Of a stretch of 64,000 nt of DNA, positions 37,260 through 51,385 are shown piece after piece. The DNA comes from Gnetum montanum (Eukaryota > Plantae > Gnetophyta): NCBI GenBank assembly GCA_015680685.1, contig MNCI01002704.1, forward strand, positions 112,701 through 176,700. The letters run 5' to 3'. The notes below the pieces were generated by a model. It saw only the letters and a program-made list of their open reading frames with translations, was not told the origin of the DNA and ran no database searches. Every line of letters starts with the position of its first letter. Position 1 is the stretch's first letter. The position numbers and the translations under genes were made by a program.

Positions 37260-39200
37260 GTTCCATATATTCTGTTATTTCTTTGATTTGCAACTCCTTC
37301 ATTTAGATCTCTACTTTGTTGTAGGCATCTATCCCATCAATGATGATCTGCCATAACTCTCTCCTTATTGGAGTTGCTAGAGAGGCTCATTTACATTTGG
37401 CTTAGCCACTTGGATATGTTTTCCATTCACCTCCTTTTGCAAGCCAAGCTAGTCTCTGTAGTGATTTTTAACTCTTTCAATAGTAAATTTTTGGTGTAAG
37501 GTATGGACTTCCTTCATAGATAGACTATGATTCTCTTATGCCAATTTTCTCAATTCTATGTTCGCTCTGGCTAGTTGCTCCTACTGTTGATGGATGAATT
37601 CTTGCATTTCTTATTTTTATGCATCAACATTTCATAGGTAATTATTTTATATGGTTAATGCTTCATTTTCTTAATGCATCTAAATCAAGTCCTTTTGAAC
37701 TGAATAGGTCTTTGCTTCAACTATAGACTAGTTAAAGATAGCTGTTACCATTTCCTCCTCAACTTGTTTTAATCACATTTGAAGCTAATAAAAAGCTTCA
37801 TCTCTTATTAATGCATGGTTGAGGAGTGTGAAATCAAACAAATGGGCATGCAATTTAGCAAATTTTGTAGTCAAGATTTGGTTTTGTGCTTGAACCATTT
37901 CAAATTACCATTCTAGGATGATACATTTGTCCTTTTCTTCAACTAGCTCCAACTAGGTTGTAGTAATGTTATCCAAAAAATCAAATATAGTTGGAATCAA
38001 TTTCCTAGTCCCCACTAGTTAGTCTAGCAACTCTTCATGATAGGCTACACTCAATCTTCTACTAAAAGTTCCTACAAACATCTACACATCTCTAAGTGTA
38101 GATATGTCTAGTATAGATGCTATACATGCGTTAAGTGCTTCAACAATTCTGTTAGAAACAACTTCTATAATTGTCTCCTACCCTTGGTGCTACATCACTA
38201 GTACAATTACCCCCTCACCCTTTTCTATGTGCACAAAAAAGGAGGTCGCATTCCCTAAAATTTTTAGGAATAAATGATGTTGAGAGAGAGATACCCTCAC
38301 CTCTTGGGCACTACGATTCAATCTCATGGGTAGCTACATTCGTTGGGCCAAAAATATTGGTCCACCTCCCTCCATTTTACTAATTATTTGAGCCACTTCA
38401 TTAATGTGATTCATTGTAGGTTGATACATAGATGGATCCCCAACACTCATTCCAACTTGCTACTTGTACTATTATAAGATTTGCTCCTAGATTTTATGCA
38501 TGTGCTCAATGGCAATGTAGGCTTTTAATGTTGTTTCTTGAGTAGGTGGTGGAGGTGGTAGTTATTACTCATCTTCTTTAGACATGATGGAAATATTTTC
38601 ATTCATCATTTTGGAGCAAGAGGTAATGGAAGTATACTTGATTGTGTTGTTGGCATAGCAAACTATCCCTGCCCTTTTGCAAATTTTTCTGATAAGGCAT
38701 GGAAAGGGTTAGGATTTTCTTCCACATTCATTTTATTTGAAATTATTTTCTATCTTTTGATAGATTAATTATGGAAGGTTTGCTAGAAATTTTCCACTTA
38801 AAGTGGCACATACTCAGGTAGAGAAGTTAGTCATTTTATTGAGCCGCACCCTCAGATTGAGGTGATAGACCAGTATCTTGAAGTATACATGCTCCCCTAG
38901 TGTGAGTGCATCAAACACCTTATAGTCAATCCCATAACATCATTGTGTGCACTCCTTTTTTGCTTTTGGATGAGCTTGTATAGAAAATTATGCTAATTGT
39001 TTCCTAGAATTAGGTAACCCAAGAGCTTGTCTTAGGAATCTATCAAATAGATTCTACTTTGAGCTCCTCCTAAAGAGGTCCCATAGCATGAGTTTCCTTT
39101 ATCTATTCCTGGGCTTGTTCTTAATGGCCCCTTCCAATTCTAGATCATTTCTTCCTTAGTTGAGATGGTCCTTCCTTGTGTACTCATTTCAGTTTTGGTG
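37260..39200 (-). pseudogene. Athila env-like/Transposase_32-like extra ORF, disrupted
   Basis: *PFPCLIRKICKRAGI at ~38665-38712 matches the LPFPxLIxxLCxxAGV signature; same sense as pol and downstream of it. Confidence 0.65.
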
Positions 39201-41329
39201 CTATCTATAATCCCAACATGATCACAAGTTAGAAATTATTGTGTAATGTAAAATAATTGGAATACCTTATCTTGTTAGAAAAGCTACACCTTGATAAGTT
39301 GTGGTTATGACTTATTAGATCCATTTTAATCATTATTTTATTTATATTTTGATGTTAACAAATGATTATGATCATACTAGAGGTTGTTGAAAGGGTCAAA
39401 CTCTCAAAAATTTATGGTTTAATATCATTATATTCATTAAGCCTCTAGGAGAAAAATAACTTTCATTAGAAACCTTGATGTTTATGGCCCCCACAACTAA
39501 GAGCTTACCTTTGGTAGCTACAAGATTAAAGAATAGAGTGATTTGGACAAACAATTGAAAAGTTATGGGCCTTGTAAGGTTTTGGGGTTTGAAAAATGGC
39601 AAAAACTCCTCTCTTGTGATGAACAAAATGATAAAAATTTTAAATTGTTTGGTGATATTTATAGAGTTTTTGCATTGCATCAATAGAGCCTAGTCAATGA
39701 GGCCCCATCGATGAGGTCAACTGCATTAGCTAGGCCGAGTCAACATAATTGTTTACCACCATTGACTTTGGGAAAAATTTGAAAATACAAGGAGTTTTTG
39801 AGTAAAATGAGAGTCAAATGGAAGCTCAAAAAGTTACAAACATTATGAAAATAGTAGAAGAGGATGTTCAAGTTTAGAAAATTCCAAAGATTGAGTAAAT
39901 GATTAAAGAATGAAGTTTTATGAAAGTTTAAGGAGCATAAAGCTAGATGCACAATGGGGCGCCCGAAAGATATGATTGCAGCAATGTCTAAAGTAAAGAA
40001 CTTAACTATTCAAACTACGAGATATGCAAGTGGGTCGTCCCCATAGTAGACACATGCCCTTTTTGTCCTTGCATAACCTTAACTAAGGAGGCAGTGGGCC
40101 CCACATTCAATTAATGATTATCAAAAGTTAAGGACCAACCTAGAAGAATCTATCTAAGAATTCCAACATGTCAAATTAACACATCAAGCATAACATGGAA
40201 ACTAGTAGCAAGTGACTTATAGGTAGCATAGATGGATGATGGATAAGGTGGGATGAAATCCTAAATTGAGATCATAAGAAGTCCCTTATGGAGATTGTGT
40301 TTAAAATGACCTGAGAAGCTCCATTCTTAGTACAAATCAAAACCAACTACTTTTAGTGACTTTGCATCATCACTCCAAGATTGATCCATCCCCTCAAGAC
40401 ATAACAGTGCTCCCACAAAGTAACCACTATTTTGTAAAGAGAAGAAAAGAGAAGTAGAAAGTAAGAGAGAGGGTCTTAGTTAGAGGGGAACTTTAGGCAT
40501 GGGTAACATGTCTTTCTAGTATCATAACCAATGTTGGTATCCCATTTTTATGTCTAAGGGATGTGCTTTGAATTTTCATTATGGTTTCTTTTTTGTTCTC
40601 TATTTTTTTTCTTTTATTTTTGATGGAAACCACACCATGCAAATATTTTATTTAACTTCTTCTTATTGGTTGACATGGAACAAGAACAAGTCTATAAAAA
40701 CACTCATGCACTTCAGCAAGTAGAAGAGCACAAAGAGTATTAAGTCCCCTTGAAGTCACACATTTTGTAAACCTTTGAATCCATCCCAATTCTAGAAACT
40801 ACCAAGATCACAAATTAGTTAAAAGTTTATTTAATGAAAGGGATATAAAAATTCCAAAACAAGTAAAACCATAGAGTTTGTGGATGGGTGGATGATGTGG
40901 ACTCATTACCTGTTCCATGAAAAATAAACCATATCATAGTCATTAAACATTAGAATTCAAAAATAGAAACCAAACATTAAGCACAAATCACCATTAGTAA
41001 ACATCAACATTGGCACTGTGTCCTATAGTAATAAAGCACTTTTATTAGCAAAAATAATGAAAAGTTAGACAAAAAATAAAGTAAAATATATAGTATAAAA
41101 TATTCAAGAAAGATAAATCATACTAACAATGTTGTAAAACAAAAATCTAGAAAATTGATAGAATGAAAAATCAAAAAGGGAATAAATCAACAAAGTGTAA
41201 AACAAAAATGTATAAAATGAGAAAGTAAAAAATTGAGGATCCATGTGTATGGTTAGCATGGATGGCCATCTTCTTGATAATTGAGTTGAAGGGAAGAAAT
41301 GCAAAATATAGAGTGTGACTGTACATTTG

Positions 41330-44300
41330 ATGAGGTATTTGTTGCACTGGCTTGCTTTGGCTTGTGGAAAGGTTTTACTTGTTGGATGTTGACCAACTAA
41401 TTTTTGTTTGGATTCTTAAGTTTGTAGATTAACATGAACCCAGAAGGAAAAGCTTCATCAATTATATAGGTTCCTTCCATAACTTTTGGAACTTTATTTT
41501 TTAAGGTACATGTATGGGGTTCCTGTAGAGGACCTTATATCTAAGTTTAAATTTTACTTTTCATATTCTAAGGTCATGAAGCTTCTTGTTGTATGCCTTA
41601 TGTACTTCATTTGAAAATAGGACTGCTAATCAATTTTCATCTGGAAAATTTAGGTTAATAAATCTTTCTCTTTGTGCTAGGCTAAGATCAAAGTTCAAGT
41701 CATAGGTTATTAAAAGTGTATAGTGCTCAAATTGGACTAGAAGTGTTGGACATGTTCCATACACTAGCTCATAGGGAGAGGAGCCTATATGGAGTTTCCA
41801 AGTGGAGTGATAGTCCCAAAGAACATCGTTGAGTTTTGTGCTCTAGTTTCTCTTATATTTTCTTACAGTCCTTTTTTAGATCTTTGTGATTTCCCTATTG
41901 GTGACTTCTACTTGACCATTAGCTTGGAGGTAATAGGGTGTTGTTAATTTATGTTCAGCCCCTAAGCATTGCATCAAATTTTGAAAGATATCACCTATAA
42001 AATGGATTCCATTTTCAAAGATCATTGCACATGGCACACCAAACCTCTTTATAATTTGTTGTTGTACAAATTGAGTAGTAGTGGATGATGTACAGTTGGT
42101 GATTGGTATTACTTCTACCCATTTTGTGTAGTAGTCAACTATTATGATGATGTATGCCTTTCCATTAGACATGGCTATGATGGAACCCATGAATTCTATG
42201 CCCCATATGTCAAAGGGCTCTAGTGGTTGAATCCATTATTGAGGATCCTCTATTCAAGCAATCATCCTATCATCTCATTGATAGTGTTCATACCATCAAA
42301 AAAAATGTTGGGCATTCTTGAAGATTGTAGGCCAATAGTATCTTACCATCATAATTTTTATGGTTGTGCATCTCCCTACATATTTGTCTCTACAAGGGCC
42401 TTTATGAGCATCCTTGAGAATGTACAATTGGTCCTCATTAGGGATGCACTAGTGAAGTAGGGCATTAATGCACATCTTGTAAAGGTGCCCATTGATTTCC
42501 ATGAAGTACTTAGCCTAATAAAGAAACTATTATTTCTTCTTAAAGTATAGATATTATGGCATCTCTTGAGTAAGAAAGTAAGTGAGGATGCCATCATATC
42601 ATTTTGATTTAGCAAGAAGTTGACCATTTATCACTCTTATAAAGAGGAGTTCATCTAGAAATTGATCAAAGAGTAGGTTCTCCTCCTCTTTCTTCTCGCA
42701 TCTTAACTAAGAGAGGTGGTTAGTGACCATTGTCAATTCCTTTTTGATCTACCACTATGAGACTAAATTCCTAAAAGATCACAAGCCACCATATGAAACA
42801 TGGGCTCACTATTGGCTTATTCATTAGGAAGTGGGTGGCACTATGATCTATGTGCACAAATACTTTATAGCTCAGCACATTGTGCCTAAACTTTTTGTAC
42901 ATCACTGTCATTAGTTCTTTCTTAGTTCTGGTGTTATTGCATAGTGGATGTAATATGAATGTTTCTTATTTTCCAACTATATAAGCACTCTCCCAAGACA
43001 TAGTTAGATGCATCTATCATTATACGAAATGGTCTAAACCAATCTAGTGCCCATAGAATTAGAGTTTCTACAAGTTTTTCCTTTAGCTATTGGAATGCAT
43101 GTTCACACTCCTTAGTCCAAATGAATGAAGCATCTTTCTTTGTAAGCTTAACCAATGGCTTTGTAATCTTACAGAAATTCTCTATAAACTGCCAGTAGTA
43201 GCTAGTGTGTCCAAGGAATGATTAGACATTTTTCACTATCTCTGGTTGACATGTGATTCCTTGAACGATCCTTATCTTTTCTAGGTCTACCTCAATCGCT
43301 ATTTTGATAATTATGTGCCCTAGTACTATGCCCTCCTATACCATTAAATGGCCTTTCTGCCGATTGAGCATAAGGTTTGTTTCAACACATCCTTTCATTA
43401 CTTACTCAAGGCGATCTAGGGCTTACTCAAATGTAGCCCCATAGATAGAAAATTCATCTATAAAGACTTCTACCTTGCTTCCAATCTGCTATTGAAAAAC
43501 AATAAGGACTAGGTGTTGAAATGTTGTAGGGACATTGCATAGACTGAATGACATCTTATAATATGAAAAAGTCTTCCAAGGACTCATGAATGTTATTTTG
43601 GCCTGATATTTTAGCAAAACCTATATTTGGTTATAGCCACTATAACCATCTAAGAAGCTATAATAGCAATGCCCAAATATGGTGTCCAAAACTTGATCAA
43701 CAAATGGCAATGGAAAATATATTTAAATGTTATCATATTCACCAATCTAAAGTTGATGCAAACCTTCCACTTACCATCTTTCTTTAGCACAATTATGAGT
43801 GAGCTAACCCACTCACTATCCACGATGTGATAGATGAACCCCACCTTGAGGAGTTGTTCTATTTCTTCTATGATAATTTTATTCAACTTGAGATTTAGCC
43901 ATCTCTATAGTTTTCTTCTTAGCTTCATGGCCTAGTTGATGTAGATACAATGCTGGCATATCCTTGGATCAATTCTAGTTGGTTCAAGATATGACCAAGC
44001 AAAATTTGTTGGCCATTTGTTGACTAGATTCAATAGCTTTTCTTTTTATTTGGAAGCAATATTTTCATTGATTATATCTAGCTTGACATTTTTTAAAAAT
44101 GCATACTCCATGTTGTCTGGTAGAGTTCTTAACTCGAAGGGCTCTAGCTTCAAATGATTAGGGATTATCAACTCTCCCCAATAGGTATCATTAACTTCAT
44201 CATCAGAGAGTTGGTAATGAGCTTGCTCAAGTTCATCCATGCCCTTTACATAGCCACATGTTAGGCTCTCAAAAGGTTCCAACCATAGTGTTCCACTATC

Positions 44301-46600
44301 AAAGTCAACTATCAGCCACTAGGTACCCCCCTATTTTTTGGTTGTTATGTATAGGCACCTTTGGATATCAGTTTCATGTACATAATAATTGAATTTTTTA
44401 ATGAATGTACTTTTAATCAACTAGATTTTCTGCACACAATTGCACTTGTTGATGTTTTATGCAATGCACGGAACTCACTTATTCTTAAGTTGTTCAAATT
44501 TGTTCTCCTTGGATATTACTAAGGATAGGTCCCTGATGTCCATTCGTGCATCAACAATGCTTAACCATCCGCATGACATAATGATGGGGAAGTCACCTTT
44601 GTAGTTTTCTACCTTAGTCACTAGAAAATCAACAAGATAGGATCACCCACAAGCTATAGTCACAATGTCCTCCAATAATCCAAAAGGGATAGTGATTGAT
44701 TGGTCTACCAATTCCAAAAAGATATTACTTTTCTTGATAGGTGGTAGGTTCTAGGCCTTATACATATCATGGAAGATGAGATTGACACTAAAATCGAAAT
44801 CAAGAAGAGCCTTACATGGCTCATGTCTAGCTATCTATAAGTAAATAAGAGGAATTCTTGGGTTAGATATCTTTGTGGAAAGGTTGCCAACCTTGATCAA
44901 ATTGGAGATAGCATGAGTTAACATCACAATGTAGATATGAGGTAATGTTTGGTTTAAAGGATCCTCAAATGTCTTTAGTGTAGGAGGTGAGGATGATGAA
45001 GATACAGGGTGACTAGCCATATTAAGTTGTGAGGGTTTGGAAGGACTGTTATGTTGGAAAAATGATAATTTCTTGGATCTATAATCTAAACTAGTTGATT
45101 AGAAGGTTGGTTGTAAATTTAGAGCCCTCATAACATTTCATTGCTATGGCTGTGAGGAAATTTTTCATTGCATAGACAAAGTAGGAGGTAACTAGGTTGA
45201 GGATGGAGGGATGTGTGTAGATAGATGTGGAGGATGATATGGATATGGGGGCTTCCATCAAGTAGATGGTGAATGAGTTTGATGATACTCTAGAGGATAA
45301 TAGTGATGTTGGAATGAGGCATGGCTAGGAAAACCATGTGCAGAAACAGGTTGCTGAACATAGTATTTGTATGGATCTAGTTTCCTATAAGGATACGAAT
45401 GTATTGATAGTGGCATCTCCTATGACTGTGGTTGCTGCTACTATTGTTATTACTCATAAAGTTTTGGTGGAGCTTCTCTTGGATATTCATCTTGTTGTTT
45501 CTAGTGGAACTACCTTGGATTACCTTTAGGATATGACAATTATCTAGGTGCTTACCTCCTTGCTAGTTGAGGATTTAATGTGTACACCCCATACTCTTGT
45601 AAGTGTGACTCCATAGGGCAACATCCCTTAGGATGGTCATATTGACAAATGTCACATCAAACATCATCATTGGAGTTTATCTTGACAACTTCTTCTACTA
45701 CAACAACTTTTTCCTTACCACTCTGGTAGGCATGTTTAGCTTCTTTCTATCATTTTTGATCATGATTACTATTTTTCTCTTTGGATTTTTTAGTAAGCTT
45801 CATATCAATTTGGAAGTTTTTAGCCAAAGAGTCTCCTAGTTTATCAGCCTTTTCCAAAATATCAAAAATAGATTTTTGGATGGCCATGTTATTTCTATTC
45901 AACACTTCAACAAGTGGCGACTCCTTTTCATCATAGAATCAGACCTCCCTTTTCTTGATGGAAGGATCCCTATTATATTCTTTTGCATTTTTCCTCTTTT
46001 TCAACTCACCTTCTTCTTTTACTAGCTACTCTATCAACCTTTGGATTTGATGAGCTCTTAGTTTGAATAGTCTCCCTTAGGCATAAACCCCAAGAGTTCT
46101 TCTAGTTTCTACTTTGAGCCAATATATCATGTGGCAAACTTATTCCCTATGGCTAGGGCATTAGTGTAAAAGAGAATAATATCTACCCATGGTGGCATCC
46201 AAGGGTTCATGTATTCCTTATTTATGGCCCTAGATTTGCCTTCTTAGATTAGACACAATAGAGTATGTTTGGTATTTGTCATTAAATAATTCTAGCATGG
46301 TACTCCATCTATGAATGGATTCTAGTTGCAAGGACCAACACCAACTTTGTGCCTCTTTGATGAGTATCCTGGTAAATAGCTTCAATTTTTGATAGTCATT
46401 TTCTATGTTTTGTTAGGTTTAGGCATCATGAAAGGCTTGTAGATGATTTTGCGAATAAGAGTTATATCCCCCCTTAAATCTTGGCATGCCTAGTTGGCAT
46501 TTTTATAGCCTCAAAAATATTTAACATACTTTGGATTGCAAGTAAAGGCTCATGATCATCATTATTTCATTGTTGCTAATGATTTCCTCTACTACCCCTT
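41330..46600 (-). pseudogene. pol: gag-pol of A3, disrupted
   Basis: gag: KLKLFTRILIKEAQSW. PR: ALLDFDFSVNLI (~44790). RT: SEWVSSLIIVLKKDGKWKVCINFR and VEVFIDEFSIYG. Integrase: YIIIIVDYYTKWVEVIP..TTPYYLQANGQVEVTNREI. Confidence 0.93.
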
Positions 46601-47462
46601 CATTCATTGTAGGCTTAGTGATCAGTATTATTATTCCACTATTCACCTTCATCATGGTTGCTCCTTCAATAACATTTTTCAGAACTAAAAGAGGAAGAAG
46701 AAGATGCTAATGAAGAGGGAAAAGAAGGGGGAGGACTACCTACACCATGGTATCTATCAACTCCCCTTCAGTTGTCACAACCACATTCATCAATTTTCTT
46801 ATCATATTGATGCTTGTTCAAGCTTTTGCATTGATTTCCATCTTTAGTGAACTTGGATTGTTGATAGTGGATCATAGATTCGAGACCACACCCCCATCAA
46901 CAGTAACAAAGGGTGAAGAATTTTCATGTCAAGATCCCATAGAGGGAGGATCCTCATTAGAGTCTTAGTTAAGTAGGAATAAGGAATTGGTGAATTGTTT
47001 CCCCTTGACAAACTCATGGTGCTTCTTCTAGTATCAATCTCTCTGGCATTAAGTTTCAATGGGATGGTAGCCTTGATAGTTGTAATCATGCACAACATAC
47101 TCATCTTAAAGATCTTAGATGCCTAACTTCTTAAGAATTTGAAGTAGCATCATGGGTACAAATCAATTAGGAGGCATTACAATACTATATTTCATGTCAC
47201 ATCACCACAATTGTTCATCCTAGTGCAAGATGAAGGTAAAATCAAGCACAAACTCATTTAGATGAGTATATACCACTTTTTATTCTTGAGGGACTAGTGG
47301 TTTATCTTTGTCACCCCTATGAGAAGAAGACATTTTGAAAAAAAAAATCAATGTGTCTATGTGATTATATTATGTGTAAGAATGATGTTGACCTTAGGGT
47401 TCATCCAATGATATCAATAATATTTACTAATCCTAGATAGTACATGTTTCAAACAAAACAAA

Positions 47463-47480
47463 TCCCTAGTAATGGCAGCA
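47463..47480 (-). other. Primer-binding site, tRNA-Asp (Athila type), decayed
   Basis: TGCTGCCATTACTAGGGA versus TGGCGCCGTTGCCGGGGA; differences are mostly transitions; adjacent to the LTR end. Confidence 0.65.
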
Positions 47481-47481
47481 A

Positions 47482-48355
47482 TGATGAGTGGTGAGGTACC
47501 CCTACAACCAACCATATGAATGATGAAGTGTTCATGCATGATCCAATTGAATTTTTTGGGCTCTATAGTTTTTTGGTGCACTAGCTCTCTAGGAAGTGAA
47601 CTTTACATTGAGAACGTTCATTATCTTGCCAATTGCACTTGTGAAGCCTAAGAGTATTGTTTAAGTGTAATTGAGGCACATGATTTTTATCATTTTTTAT
47701 TTTATGGTTTTGGTACTTGAAATAAATAAGATAAAGAACAAATTAATTTAATGTCTACTTTAATCTAATGAGCTAACTATTGCTCAACTAGTCCTAACAT
47801 ATGTATACAATTCCACTTACTGTACACATCCTGAATGCATATAACATTGCTGGGTTACCAAGTGTTAAGCACTACTATGATTAGCAAATGTCATATGCAT
47901 GCTTGAATCGATCGTACTTATGTATTTAATTAATCATTATTTGGTTTACCTCACTTAATTAGCTTAATTACTAAAGAGCATTAAATAAATAATTGAAAAC
48001 ATTAAATGCATGAATAAAACATTTAAGCTATCTAGAATGCTACAAGGTTTATCAAGAAATTTATCTTTATTGCAGCACACACTGTCATGCTTGAATAAAG
48101 ATTCATACACTGAATGACTCCTACTATGGGCACTCAGGAATATATTCTAATTTTCAAATGTAAAAACTACAAGGGCTTCACTACAACTATGACAAGATGA
48201 TGCTTGAACATGATTGGTTGGTATGTATTTATAGACAAGAATAGACCCTGTATTGATAGGGCCACGTCAACGCATCAAACAATGTATTGATGGGGTTGAG
48301 TCAAAAGGGCCTAGTTGATGAGGCCTTGTCAACGTGGCTAATTCATGACTCATCA
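47482..48355 (-). repeat. 5' LTR of A3 (874 bp)
   Basis: 8-bp terminal inverted repeat TGATGAGT...ACTCATCA; TATAAAT on the minus strand at ~48226-48232. Confidence 0.88.
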
Positions 48356-50015
48356 AATACCAAATTGAAACAATTTTGGGTAGCTTGAAGAGGTTTTAAG
48401 TAGCCTCATCTACCTCTAAGAGCCTTGGGTTTTTTCATGATGGTTGCACAAACACTATAGAAGCTTGAATACTAAAGATTTGAGGCTTCTACGCTGGTTG
48501 GGAGGAAGTTCCAGTGCGTCAACATTGAAAGGAGATGGTATCTATAGCAACAAACTCTCCTAAATCTCTGCTCTAAAGTGCTAGGTATGGAATGGGAACT
48601 GTGATTGGTGTTCTAGGAAAATCAACAATAAAAATCAAACCTAAACCTAAACACTTTCACTCTCACCTATGTTCCTAATTCTATGCATTGAAACTCAAAG
48701 TGAACTAAAGTGCAAGGATGAAAAAGTATTCTATATGCTAAGAGTGAAAGTTGAACAAATACTTATGGTTAATTTTCTTAATATTTTGAGTTTTGGACCA
48801 TGGGCCCCACCATACACCCTCATGTATGGTGTTTTTAGACTAAGACCTCCATCAATGCTAGGGTCTTGATCCCTTAGAATGCCTGAAATTATGGAAAAAC
48901 ATTATTCCCCCTTTATATCCATGCTAGGCCACATGGAGCTAGTGTGGATGCTCATCTCCCTCACCTCACAATGCCTTCACACTAACCACTCTTTCCATTT
49001 TTGTCAACTATGACCTATCTCACAGAACATCAGACTCTAGAAGGTAGTTAGCTCTTGGCAAACCTTTTCATTTTGGGCTCCCACACTAGCTAGCATGAAG
49101 CTAGGGGGCTGACATCCATCCTTATCTCCTAGTGCTAGTCACACCAATATTTTACCCTCAAAGTGGGTCCACATGACCTAGAACACCTCCAATCACTCCT
49201 AGAAGCCCCAAAACCTTATCAAACCTAGTTGAAAGTGCACATAACCTTTGTACTTAGTTAATTCACATTGGGGAAGGTTACCTCCATGTTGGCCAATGTG
49301 GATTTAGCATGGATGAATGGGAGTTAACCTCAAATAGCCTAAATTAATCATCTAATTACCATGTCTCATTCCTACCACTCCTTGATAAACTCTAGTAGCC
49401 TATTTTTACCTTTAAAAAAATTCAATTTTGTACTTACATCCATCCCCATGTTGGTGAAGTCTCCTCCACACTACCTAGCATGGAGCCAGCATGGAGGATT
49501 AGAGGGTATGATAGAAAATCTTTCTCCAAGTCCTAAGTGACCATAAATGTCACCTTGATAGCCTCTATGCTTCCCCATGTGCTTCAATAATTGACCATTT
49601 AGACCTTCCTAAAGGCTCCAACAATTAAAACTTGTCAAAAATGACCATTTTTCATGAGTTTCTTAGCCTACATGATGAACACCCCTCTCTTCCATGAAGG
49701 CCAATGTAGCACTAGTATGGATGTATATAGGAGATTCCATGGGAGATAATAGATGTATCAAAAAAATGTAAAATTAACCTACACTTACCCTACAACCTTG
49801 TCAACATATCTAGGAGTTACTAGACTTTTAATATTCAACCCCAAAATAGTCATAAATCAATCTCATAAGGTCTTCTATGCTAGTCCCATGCTAGCCATCA
49901 TGGAGCTATTGTAGAACTAAAGATGAAAGTGAAAAAACCCTCAAGAGACCCTCAAAATTGCCATGTTTTGACCCTAGGCTTTGACCATCACACTAGTTAC
50001 CCCAGAAGTGGACAT

Positions 50016-51385
50016 TGAAACACCACAGAAATTTGAATGTTATAACCAATCTTCATCATATAGCTTTCACCCCATGAAACCCAAGGAAAAACTTCATTGT
50101 AAATGTAAAAATCACAATCCATAATGATTTCACATTATACTTTTTGGGCTGAAAAATACCTCATAAGTGGTCAAGGCCTCATTCCCCAAGTGAAAAAATT
50201 AACCTAGTGTCTATATTTGGGCTTATGGGAGGGGGTTAAAAATGCCTTTTGAAATGCCAAAAAGGTAATTTTGTAGGTTGTATTGGGGGTATACATGTTT
50301 CTATGCTAGAAACAAATCTAGGAAGGTAGATCTCAACTACCACCATCATGGAAGGATGGGGGTTTTGGAAACATTTTCCCTTCAATATGGAGACCACATG
50401 CATAGTGTAGAAACTTCCTCCCCCTTAGTGTGGAAGCTTTCCCTAGCTTGGAAACTTTTCCCCATCAACATGGAAGTTTTCCCTCAACGTGGAGTCTTCA
50501 TCCCCAATGTGAAAAATTTAATCCCTCAATTTGGAAGCCACAAAAAGCAAAAATTCATTACTTCATGCACTTCAACGTTGACCAACCACTTCAACAAGCA
50601 TGGTTGAGAGCTCAACATGGAAGATTCATCTCCAACATGGAAGGTGTGTCATGATTACAATTTACAATAAACAAAATAACCATGGGGGAAAGCACTTACT
50701 ATATATGGTAATCCTACAAATTTGGGCACTGATATCACCTAAATTTGTAGCCAATTTGCAGCCAAATCATACTAACTTGTAGCCCCATTCGTGGCCCAAA
50801 AAACCTATAAAAGTCATCCTCAAACATCATTTATAGGTTCTAGAATTTTCAAAAAGCTCAAAAATTTTGGTTTAGTATTTTTTCTAAAAGTTCAAGCAAA
50901 TTCTAATCAAAATTCAGCCATTTTTACAATTTCATGCTTGGGGCATTTTCAAGCACTCAAGGGTTATTTCCATCTCCCATGTTTGCATCCTCTTGAATCC
51001 CATAGTGGAAGCATGATCACCTTGATATTTGTTGATTTTTGGTGACAACACTGTGCTTTTGGGATTTCCAAACCCAAACATGGAGTAATTTGACATCCAA
51101 ATTTTTCACTTTTCCCACCTCCTAGTAGTGATCCAACTTGCAAACTTGAAGTTGAAGTAGTGAAGGAAGGTCCAATAGTGGCTTAGCACCTAGATCATGG
51201 AGCATATCACATCAACTTCAATGAGCTTTGAACTCTTGCATAAGTGAACCCCCTGTCTACTCATCGAGGCATCATTTGTACACATTCCTCTAACTTATTC
51301 TTTATTATTTCTCAATAAATTTTTAGGTTTTGAGTTTTTTGTTCAAAAATAAATTTATTTTTTCTGCATTTGCTATGAATTTTAC
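50016..51385 (+). repeat. 5' LTR of B2 (3' end and PBS deleted)
   Basis: Homologous to 10301-11550. TATAAAA at ~50806. Joins directly to sequence equivalent to the B1 UTR at ~11805. Confidence 0.75.

Larger units (their letters stand above)
36521..48355 (-). mobile_element. Athila-like element A3, near full length, inserted in B1
   Basis: Two LTRs, Asp PBS, gag-PR-RT-RH-INT and a downstream extra ORF. No TSD visible. Confidence 0.9.
10301..50015 (+). mobile_element. Tat-clade Ty3/gypsy element B1, interrupted by C, A3 and B2; 3' part presumably beyond the window
   Basis: LTR, Asn PBS, gag-protease and antisense gene. The sequence rejoins across C (TSD ATTAT) and is broadly collinear with B2. 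Confidence 0.8.

Noticed and set aside
36500-48360. TSD for Athila A3
   Set aside because: The flanks AAGGA and AATAC differ; the left LTR end appears eroded by a small deletion.
10301-51385. B1 and B2 as a tandem pair sharing one LTR
   Set aside because: No PPT precedes 50016, and the LTR start interrupts a repeat unit, which fits a nested insertion.
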